Below the pieces are notes generated by a model that saw nothing but the letters and a program-made list of their open reading frames with translations, did not search any database and was not told the DNA's origin. From an uncultured Gemmatimonadales bacterium (GTDB lineage Bacteria > Gemmatimonadota > Gemmatimonadetes > Palauibacterales > Palauibacteraceae), in assembly GCA_963783385.1 (NCBI GenBank), contig CAWANJ010000007.1:96001-160000 (forward strand): DNA of 64,000 nucleotides. Reading direction: 5' to 3'. Shown here one piece after another: positions 56,559-64,000 of this stretch. The number at the start of each line of letters is the position of its first letter. Position 1 is the first letter of the stretch. The position numbers and the translations under genes are program-made.

Positions 56559-57545
56559 ATGAAGCGACGCGACGAGATCATCACGGGCGCCTTCGTGCTC
56601 CTCGGCCTGGCCGTCATCGTGGTGGGAGGGCTGTGGCTGTCGCGCTCGCGGCTGAGCGGCGACTTCCGCACCCTCACGGCGCGGGTGCGGACGGTCGGCC
56701 AGCTCCGACCGGGCAACGTGGTCACGCTGCGCGGCGTCGAGATCGGCCGCGTGCAGACCGTCCAGTTCGCCCGCTCGGGCGTGGACGTCGTCCTCCGCGT
56801 TCAGACCGACGCGCCCCTGCCGAGCCACCCCGCCGTCCTCCTGCGGCCGCGCTCGCTGTTCGGCGAGTGGGGCGCCGCGATCGTTCCGGCCGGGAGCCGC
56901 GCCGGCATGGGCCAGGACTCCATCCCGCGTCCCGACAGCGTCCTGCCCGGGCAGACGGCGACCGACTTCGCCCAGCTCAGCGACTACACGGCCGAGATCG
57001 CCTCGAACCTCCAGACCATCACCCAGCGCGTCGAGGTGGCGTTCAACAAGCAGACGGCCGCGAATCTGGCGCGATCGATCGACAACTTCGAGAAGGCGAG
57101 CGCCGACCTGGTCGACCTGCTCGGACGGCAGCGCCAGAGCTTCGGGGGCTTCGCGGAAGACATGGCGGCGGCCGGCCGCACCGTGCGCCAGGCGAGCGCC
57201 GATCTGGATTCGACCCTGGCGCGGCTGGAGGAGGCGACGCAGGGCGGACAGCTCCAGGACATCTTCGCGAACGTCCGGAAGGCGTCCGGGTCCATGACGG
57301 ACGTGGCGTCGCAGATGCAGACGACCATGGGCCACGTGAACCACGTCGCTACCCGGGCCGACAGCGTGCTGGGCCAGTTCAACTCCCTCGTGGCCGGCGT
57401 CAACGCGGGCCGCGGCTCCCTGGGGCAGCTCGCCAACGACCCGGATCTCTACGAGAATCTGGCCTCCACCCTGGTCGAGCTCCGGTCGCTCCTGGACGAG
57501 CTCAAGCGCAACCCGGGCAAGTACTTCAAGTTCTCCATCTTCTAG
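56559..57545 (+). CDS. mlaD: MlaD/MCE family protein
   Basis: N-terminal TM, GQLRPGNVVTLRGVEIGRV and a helical tail (GSLGQLAND..NPGKYFKFSIF). Confidence 0.92.
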   Translation: MKRRDEIITGAFVLLGLAVIVVGGLWLSRSRLSGDFRTLTARVRTVGQLRPGNVVTLRGVEIGRVQTVQFARSGVDVVLRVQTDAPLPSHPAVLLRPRSLFGEWGAAIVPAGSRAGMGQDSIPRPDSVLPGQTATDFAQLSDYTAEIASNLQTITQRVEVAFNKQTAANLARSIDNFEKASADLVDLLGRQRQSFGGFAEDMAAAGRTVRQASADLDSTLARLEEATQGGQLQDIFANVRKASGSMTDVASQMQTTMGHVNHVATRADSVLGQFNSLVAGVNAGRGSLGQLANDPDLYENLASTLVELRSLLDELKRNPGKYFKFSIF

Positions 57546-57728
57546 CGACGAGACGGCCTCCCCCGCCCTCCCGTACGCCGTCAACCCCGGACCGGCCGGT
57601 CGCCCGACCGGCCGGAATCCCCTCCCGGGCTCCGCGACCCTCCGGCATCGTAGCCGCCGAGTCCGTCCGCCGATCCCCACCCGGGCCGGCGGGCGTCAGG
57701 CAGGGACGCCACTCGCAGGAGGCAGCCG

Positions 57729-58130
57729 ATGAGCCGCTCGGTCAATCGCGTGACGCTGGTGGGGAACGCCGGATCCGATCCGGACGTTCGGGAAACGGGC
57801 AAGGGGACCAGGGTCGCGCACGTGTCGCTGGCCACGAACCGACGCTACGAGGTGGACGGCCAGGAGCAGCGCCGGACGGACTGGCACCGCCTGACGTTCT
57901 GGGGCCGCGCGGCCGAGGCCGCCGAGCTCTACCTGCGTAAGGGGAACCGACTGTACGTGGAGGGACGCATCGAATACGGGTCCTACGAGCGCGACGGCGT
58001 GAGCATCCCGACCGTGGACGTCATCGTCCAGGACTTCGTGTTCCTCGACGCCCGCGTGCCCGAACCGGGCGCGGAAGGGGCCGGCGATCCGGTGGGCGAG
58101 GAGAGCGAGGCGGCGGCGCTGGTCGACTGA
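57729..58130 (+). CDS. ssb: Single-stranded DNA-binding protein
   Basis: VNRVTLVGNAGSDP, SLATN, TDWHR and YLRKG..YVEGRI. Confidence 0.95.
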   Translation: MSRSVNRVTLVGNAGSDPDVRETGKGTRVAHVSLATNRRYEVDGQEQRRTDWHRLTFWGRAAEAAELYLRKGNRLYVEGRIEYGSYERDGVSIPTVDVIVQDFVFLDARVPEPGAEGAGDPVGEESEAAALVD

Positions 58131-58237
58131 GCTCGCCGGGCGGGCGCCGCCCGGCGCCCGCCCGCTCCCCCGCTCGTTGCATAGCTCCGCCGGCGGCAGC
58201 ACATTGAGGCTTCTCGTCCCGCCAGCCAGGAGAGGTC

Positions 58238-59237
58238 ATGTCGGGGGGCCCTTCGTCGCCTCGTCCCAGCCCGTCGTTCGACGTATCGCAGGCCGGCGAG
58301 ACCGCGACGGAGACGGCGGAGGAGCCTCTCCTCGCCGCACCGGAGCGGAGCACGAGCGTCCTCATCGTGGGCGGAAGCGGGTTCCTGGGACGCCATCTCC
58401 TTCCGCGCCTCCTCGGACGAGGGCACCGCGTGCGGGCCGTGTGCCGCCGGGGGGCTCCGCGCGGCGGCCACGTGGCGCCGGGCCTCGAATGGATCCCGGT
58501 CGACATCACGTCGGGCTCGGGAGTTGGATGCGGCCGTGCGCGCGTGCGAGGTGGTCGTGCACCTGGCCGGCGCGCTCGCGGCGGGCGGGGACGAGGCGCG
58601 GCGCCTGGACGTGGACGGCACCCGCAACCTGGTGGAGGCGGCGCAGCGAGCCGGAGTCCGGCGGATCGTCTACGTCAGCGCCCTCGGGGCCCGGGACGCG
58701 AACGGGCCCTTCGCGGCTCGCAAGCGCGAGGCCGAGCGTTGGGTGCGCGCGGGCCGGGCGGAGCACGTGATCCTGCGCCCCTCGCTGGTCGTGGGACCCG
58801 ACGACCACGTGGTCTCGGTGCTGGCCCGCGCCCTGCGGAGAGGGCCGCTTTTCGTGGCGGCCGGCCGGCCGGACGAGGGGGTGGTCCAGCCGGCCGCGGT
58901 CGAGGACGTGGCCGAGGCGCTGTGCCAGGCCGTGGAGAGGGCGGACATCGCGGACGCGACCCACGAGCTGGCCGGCCCCGACGTCCTGTCCCCGACCGAG
59001 GTCATCGGGGCCGTCGCCCGGCGCCTGTCGCTGGCCCGGCGGGTGGTGAGGTTGCCCCGGTGGAGCGGTCGGAGGCTGGCCGCGCTGGCCGACAGGACGG
59101 GGTTGTCCGCCCCCTCGGCCCTGTCGGCGCTCCGTGTCCTGGCGCTGCCGGGGGCCGTGGACGGGGCGGCGGCCCTGAGGCGGGTGTTCGGGCTCGAGCC
59201 GCTCCCGTTCGCGGTCGCCCTGGACGACTACCTGTGA
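58238..59237 (+). CDS. NAD-dependent epimerase / NDUFA9-like SDR, frameshifted at about 58520
   Basis: GGSGFLG is in frame 58238. LDAAVRACEVVVHLAG..YVSALGA..LRPS continues in frame 58524. Confidence 0.82.
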
Positions 59238-59249
59238 CGAGGTGAGGCT

Positions 59250-60527
59250 GTGAGCGGCGAACAGCGGGGAGGGGCGAGCCGGACGTGGCCGTCGTGGCCG
59301 CAGGCGGCGATCATCCTGATCGCGTTCGTCGTCCTGGCGGTGAGCGTCCGCAGCGTGCTGTCGCCCTTCGTGCTCTTCCTCCTCTACCTGTACCTGGCGT
59401 GGCCGCACCAGGCCTCGCCGTTCGTGGCGCGCCTCACCGTGGTGGCGGTGGTCCTCACCCTCCTGTGGGTCGCCGAGCGGGCGGGGCTCCTGCTGGCGCC
59501 CTTCGTCCTGGCCTTCCTCCTGGCATACGTGCTGGACCCGGTGGTCGACCGGCTGCAGCGCCTCGGCCTCCCCCGCTCTGCGGCCGTGGCCCTCCTGGCG
59601 CTCCCGCTGGCCGGCGTCCTGGCGCTGATCATCTTCGTCCTCGTTCCCGCGGTGGCCAACCAGCTGTCGCAGCTCATCGCCAACGTCCCCATCTACCTGC
59701 GGACGCTGAACCAGTGGCTGGAGAACGTGCGGGCCTGGATCATCCGGCTGGGGATCAAGGGGATCGACGAGCGCACCCTGCCCACCCTGAGGGACATCGA
59801 CGCCCAGTCGCTCGTGCAATACCTGCAGCGACGGCAGGCGGAGGTCGCCTCGGGGGGGCTGCAGGCGATGCTCGGCATCGGCCGGGGCATCGGGGCGGTG
59901 CTCACCGTGGTCGGGTACTTCGTGCTCCTCCCGATCCTCACCTACTACCTCCTGCGCGACTGGGGCGCCCTCCGCGGGCGGATCGAGGAGCTCCTTCCGC
60001 GGGACGACCGGGACCGTGTGGTCGCCATGGTCGGCGAGTACGATCGGCTCCTGGGCCGCTACCTGCGGGGCCAGGTGCTGCTGGCCTCCTGCGTGGGCGT
60101 GATCATCGGCGTCGGCTTCTGGATCCTGGGCTTCCCGTACGCGCTCCTGCTGGGCCTGCTGGCCGGCGTCCTGAACTTCGTGCCCTATCTGGGGCTGATC
60201 GCCAGCCTGCTGACCGCGGTGCTCATCGCGCTGTTCAGCGGGCACTTCCTGGGCGGGCTGCTCAAGATCGCGATCGTGTTCGGGGTGGAGCAGGTGCTGG
60301 AGAGCATCCTGGGTCCCCGGATCGTGGGGCAGTCCGTCGGTCTGCACCCCGTGTGGGTCATCCTGTCGCTCGCCCTGTTCAGCTTCTTCTTCGGCTTCGT
60401 CGGTCTGCTCCTTGCAGTCCCGGCCGCCGTATTCCTGAAGCTGGTGCTGGCGGCGGCGCTCCGGCGGTACCAGGTCTCGCGGTGGTTCCGCGGCGGGCCC
60501 GCGGGCGAAGCGGTCGAACGAGACTGA
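59250..60527 (+). CDS. AI-2E family transporter
   Basis: PFVLAFLLAYVLDP, YLRGQ, NFVPYLG and VGLHPVW. Confidence 0.93.
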   Translation: MSGEQRGGASRTWPSWPQAAIILIAFVVLAVSVRSVLSPFVLFLLYLYLAWPHQASPFVARLTVVAVVLTLLWVAERAGLLLAPFVLAFLLAYVLDPVVDRLQRLGLPRSAAVALLALPLAGVLALIIFVLVPAVANQLSQLIANVPIYLRTLNQWLENVRAWIIRLGIKGIDERTLPTLRDIDAQSLVQYLQRRQAEVASGGLQAMLGIGRGIGAVLTVVGYFVLLPILTYYLLRDWGALRGRIEELLPRDDRDRVVAMVGEYDRLLGRYLRGQVLLASCVGVIIGVGFWILGFPYALLLGLLAGVLNFVPYLGLIASLLTAVLIALFSGHFLGGLLKIAIVFGVEQVLESILGPRIVGQSVGLHPVWVILSLALFSFFFGFVGLLLAVPAAVFLKLVLAAALRRYQVSRWFRGGPAGEAVERD

Positions 60528-60534
60528 GGGGCGG

Positions 60535-61167
60535 ATGGTAGCCGAGTCGGAGGGTCAGGTCGGTCCCGCCGGGGACCCGGGGGAGAGCGACCCGGGCTTC
60601 CTGACGGTCTCCAACCTCCTGTCCCTGAGCCGCGTTCCCCTCGCCCTCCTGTTCCTGGTCGTGAGCGACCGCGGATGGCTCGCCGTCGTGGTGGCCACCG
60701 GCGCCCTCACCGACCTCCTGGACGGCCTCATCGCCCGGCTCAGCGGGACGTCCTCGGAGCTGGGGTCCCTGCTGGACCCCTTCTGTGACAAGGTGTTCGT
60801 CCTCATCGGACTCATCTCCTTCCTGCCCGGGGGGCACCTGGACTGGGCGGGCTTCTTGATCCTCGTGCTGCGGGACATCCTCACCGCCGGGTCCTACCTG
60901 GTGGGCCGATTGGCCGGGCGGAGCTTGCCCTTCCGCTCCAGGCTGGGGGGCAAGTTGACCACCGGCCTGCAGGTCGCCACCTTCTTCGCCCTCCTGTTCT
61001 GGCCGAGGTACGTGCCGGTCCTGATCGTCCTCGTGGGGGTGACTTCGGTGTACGCCATAATCGACTACGGGATGTACAGCACGCGCATCAGTCAGGAGCG
61101 TGCGGCGGCCCGTCGCGCGGCGTCGCGCGGGAGCGGCGACGCCGTGGCGGAGCCCTCGACTCCATGA
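60535..61167 (+). CDS. CDP-alcohol phosphatidyltransferase (PgsA-like)
   Basis: NLLSLSR and TDLLDGLIAR..GSLLDPFCDK signature. Confidence 0.92.
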   Translation: MVAESEGQVGPAGDPGESDPGFLTVSNLLSLSRVPLALLFLVVSDRGWLAVVVATGALTDLLDGLIARLSGTSSELGSLLDPFCDKVFVLIGLISFLPGGHLDWAGFLILVLRDILTAGSYLVGRLAGRSLPFRSRLGGKLTTGLQVATFFALLFWPRYVPVLIVLVGVTSVYAIIDYGMYSTRISQERAAARRAASRGSGDAVAEPSTP

Positions 61168-62171
61168 GCTCCGAGCTGGTCGACGTCACGATCATCGGCG
61201 GGGGCCCGACGGGGCTCTACGGCCTGTTCTACGCCGGCATGCGGGGGGTGAGCGCCCGGCTCATCGACGTCCTCCCGGAACTCGGGGGACAGCTCACGGC
61301 GCTGTATCCGGAGAAGGACGTGTTCGACGTGGGCGGCTTCCCCAAGATCCTGGCCAAGGACCTGGCCAAGGCGCTGGTGCAGCAGGCCACGCAGTTCGAC
61401 GCGGACATCTGCCTGGACGAGCGGGTCGACGGGCTGCGGCGAGAGGACGACCACCTGGTGCTGGAGACCGACCGCGGCGAGCGACCCACGCGCACCCTGG
61501 TGATCGCGGCGGGGAAGGGGGCGTTCAAGCCGCGCAGGCTCAAGTGCCCCGGCTTCGACGAGTTCTGGAAGCGCGGGGTGTGGCCGCACGTGCACGACCC
61601 GGAGGCGTTCCGGGGTCGTCGCGTCCTGCTCGTCGGCGGAGGGGACTCCGCGTTCGACTGGAGCTGGGCGCTGCGGGACGTGGCCGGGTCGATCGTGCAC
61701 ATTCACCGCTCCGACCGTTACCGGGCCCACGACCACACGGTCAGCCTGGTCGAAGGGGCCGCCGCCAAGGGCGAGATCGAGCTCCTCGACCACCACGAGG
61801 TGGAGACGATCCACGGCGAGGAGCACATCACCGGGGCCACGATCTTCGACAACCGGTCCGAGGAGCGCCGGGAGCTCGAGATCGACGACGTGGTGGCGCT
61901 CATCGGCTTCGTGCCCAACATCGGGCCGATCGCCGACTGGGGGCTGGAGCTGGAGAAAAACACGATCCGGGTGGACACCCGTATGATGACCAACCTGCCC
62001 GGCGTGTTCGCCGCGGGCGACATCGTCACGTACGAGGGCAAGCTGGAGCTGATCTCCACGGGCTTCGGGGAGGCCGCGATCGCGGTGAACAACGCCGTGC
62101 ACTTCGCCAACCCCGACGCCCGGGTCGATCCGGGGCACTCGACGAGCTCGGCGGCCTTCCGGGACAAGTAG
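61164..62171 (+). CDS. Ferredoxin-NADP+ reductase (TrxB-like, YumC type)
   Basis: GGGPTGL, LGGQLTALYPEK, GGGDSA and GVFAAGD..GKLELI. No redox CxxC. Confidence 0.9.
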   Translation: MSSELVDVTIIGGGPTGLYGLFYAGMRGVSARLIDVLPELGGQLTALYPEKDVFDVGGFPKILAKDLAKALVQQATQFDADICLDERVDGLRREDDHLVLETDRGERPTRTLVIAAGKGAFKPRRLKCPGFDEFWKRGVWPHVHDPEAFRGRRVLLVGGGDSAFDWSWALRDVAGSIVHIHRSDRYRAHDHTVSLVEGAAAKGEIELLDHHEVETIHGEEHITGATIFDNRSEERRELEIDDVVALIGFVPNIGPIADWGLELEKNTIRVDTRMMTNLPGVFAAGDIVTYEGKLELISTGFGEAAIAVNNAVHFANPDARVDPGHSTSSAAFRDK

Positions 62172-62284
62172 GCTGGCAGGGAGTATGCAGATGGGGCCTC
62201 GAGGTCTATCCACGGGCCTCCACGCACTCACGCTGGACTCACGGGAGACCCTTGGTGGTGCATAGAAGGCGAAAGCGGACAGGA

Positions 62285-63481
62285 GTGCCCGGGCGGCGCG
62301 GCCCCGGCGCGCGCCGCCCCGACGGGGTTCGACCACGGGGCCGGCGCGGACGCGTCGGCCTTTCGCGTTTCGAGGCCGTGGTGGTGGCGGTCGCTGCGGC
62401 GCTGCTGGCCACCGCGTGCGGCGGCGGAGGTGGAGGGGCCGCGGGCCCGCGGGTACTGCCCGTCGAGATCGACGTCGCCAGGCGCGACACGCTGTCCATC
62501 GAGCTCAGCGCCGTGGGGACGCTGCAGGCACAGTCCTCCGCGCAGGTCGCCTCCGAGGTCGACGGCACGGTCTTCCGGATCGACTTCGAGGAGGGATCCC
62601 GGGTGCCGACCGGCAAGGTGCTGGTCCAGCTGGATGCCTCGAAGCTGCGGGCGTCGCTCCACGCGGCCGAGGCGACGGCCCAGCAGGCGCGGACGCAGGC
62701 CGCGAACCTCGAGCGGCAGGTCCAGCGCAACCGGGGCCTGCTGGCCCAGGGCGCCATCTCCAGGCAGGCGTTCGACGACCTGCAGTCCGGCTACCAGTCG
62801 GCCCGGGCGCAGGTGGACCAGGCGGAGGCGAGCGCGGCGCTGGCGCGCCAGCAGCTCTCCGACGCCACCATCCGCGCTCCCTTCCCCGGCAGGGTGGGGG
62901 AGCGGACCTTCGACGTGGGCGATTACGTTCGCAAGGGCGACCCGATGTTCTCGGTGACGGACGACGATACGCTGCAGGTCCGCTTCACGGTCCCCGAAGG
63001 GTACTCGGACCGGCTCCAGCCGGGCAGTTCCATGCAGGTCCAGTCGCCGAACGTCCCCGGCCGGTGGTTCGACGGCCAGGTCTACTTCGTGAGCCCGACC
63101 GTGGACCCGGTGAACCGCACGGTGACCCTGAAGGCGGAAGTGCCCAATCTCGACGGGAAGCTGCGATCGGGCTCCTCGGCCGACGTCCGCCTCGTGCTGG
63201 AGAAGCGCTCGGGCGCGATCGTGATTCCGGAAGCCGCCATCGTGCCCAGCGACCAGCAGATGCTCGTCTACCTGGTTCGGGACGGACAGGCGCATCGCAC
63301 CCCCGTCCAGGTGGGGGCGCGGACCGAGGGGCGCGTGGAGATCCTGTCCGGCGTCTCGGCCGGCGACACGGTGGTGACCGCGGGCCAGCAGAGGCTCGAG
63401 GACGGTACGCCTGTGAAGATCGAGGGGCAGGGGGTGGGCCTGCTTTCGGGGAGTCCCCCCGACTCCACCGCCGGGGGCTGA
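62285..63481 (+). CDS. RND efflux periplasmic adaptor (lipoprotein)
   Basis: Lipobox ATAC, IRAPFPG, VDPVNRT and IPEAAI. Start uncertain. Confidence 0.9.
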   Translation: MPGRRGPGARRPDGVRPRGRRGRVGLSRFEAVVVAVAAALLATACGGGGGGAAGPRVLPVEIDVARRDTLSIELSAVGTLQAQSSAQVASEVDGTVFRIDFEEGSRVPTGKVLVQLDASKLRASLHAAEATAQQARTQAANLERQVQRNRGLLAQGAISRQAFDDLQSGYQSARAQVDQAEASAALARQQLSDATIRAPFPGRVGERTFDVGDYVRKGDPMFSVTDDDTLQVRFTVPEGYSDRLQPGSSMQVQSPNVPGRWFDGQVYFVSPTVDPVNRTVTLKAEVPNLDGKLRSGSSADVRLVLEKRSGAIVIPEAAIVPSDQQMLVYLVRDGQAHRTPVQVGARTEGRVEILSGVSAGDTVVTAGQQRLEDGTPVKIEGQGVGLLSGSPPDSTAGG

Positions 63482-63484
63482 GCC

Positions 63485-64000
63485 GTGTTCCTTCCGGACA
63501 CCTCCATCAAGCGACCGGTCCTCACGCTGGTCGTCTCCATGACGATCCTGCTGGCGGGCTGGCTGGGGTACCGGAACCTGGCCGTCCGGGAGCTCCCCAA
63601 CGTCGAGTATCCGATCGTCAGCGTGTCGACGGCCCTTCCGGGCGCCAGCCCGACGGTCGTCGAGACCAACGTGACCAAGCCGCTCGAGGAGCAGATCAAC
63701 ACGATCGAGGGGCTCAAGACGCTCACCTCGATCAGCGGCGAGGGCGCCAGCCAGATCACCGCGGAGTTCGACCTGTCCCGCGACGTCGACCTGGCCCTGC
63801 AGGACGTGCGGGCCAAGGTCAGCCTGGCGCGCGGGCGGCTCCCGCAGGACGCCGAGGATCCGGTCATCCAGAAGGTGGACCCGAACGCCCAGCCGATCAT
63901 CTGGCTCAGCGTCCAGAACGCGTCCCTGGGGATCACGCAGGTCAACGACTTCGCCAACGACGTGATCAAGGAGCGCCTGCAGAGGATCCCCGGGGTGGGC
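63485..64000 (+). CDS. RND efflux permease (AcrB family), N-terminal part, runs off the window
   Basis: GTG 63485: MFLPDTSIKRPV..LAVRELPNVEYP..PGASP..VTKPLEEQIN. Confidence 0.92.
   Translation, partial: MFLPDTSIKRPVLTLVVSMTILLAGWLGYRNLAVRELPNVEYPIVSVSTALPGASPTVVETNVTKPLEEQINTIEGLKTLTSISGEGASQITAEFDLSRDVDLALQDVRAKVSLARGRLPQDAEDPVIQKVDPNAQPIIWLSVQNASLGITQVNDFANDVIKERLQRIPGVG

Noticed and set aside
24975-58530. Programmed ribosomal frameshifting at the four split genes
   Set aside because: No slippery heptamer or stimulatory structure was seen and the gene families are unrelated, so sequencing indels are more parsimonious.
61100-63481. 793-aa ORF suggesting a large fusion
   Set aside because: The N-terminal half is an Arg/Gly-rich off-frame read of the reductase gene. 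Only the RND adaptor part is real.
1-64000. rRNA, tRNA, CRISPR, prophage or IS elements
   Set aside because: No recognisable motifs, repeat-spacer arrays, integrases or transposases were found by eye. Small ncRNAs cannot be excluded without a covariance search.

Overview
Very GC-rich, gene-dense bacterial chromosomal window from a diderm organism (TolC, Mla, OmpA and Omp85-type proteins; a Gemmatimonadota-like origin is my inference). Core genes include recF-dciA-gyrB, thyX, mtnA plus a class II aldolase, a GyrA-like topoisomerase subunit lacking the GyrA-box, rho, mlaEFD, ssb, thiolase, hbd and a ferredoxin-NADP reductase, together with EmrAB-TolC and RND efflux systems. No rRNA, tRNA, CRISPR array, integrase or transposase was seen. 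Two loci stand out. (1) At 17.4-19.7 kb, a two-gene RiPP-like cassette: a nitrile-hydratase-like-leader (NHLP) precursor that unusually starts with a twin-arginine (Tat)-like signal peptide, coupled to a LanM dehydratase domain that has no cyclase. (2) At 43.4-45.9 kb, a secreted double-glycine precursor with a 24-aa hydrophobic tail, translationally coupled to a C39 peptidase-TPR-POTRA-Omp85-like barrel fusion. Also noted: four single-base frameshifts (probably sequencing indels), an internally deleted TMEM175 channel, tandem cupredoxin-like paralogs of which one has lost its copper ligands, and a clear palindromic operator. All family assignments come from motif recognition by eye, not from database searches.
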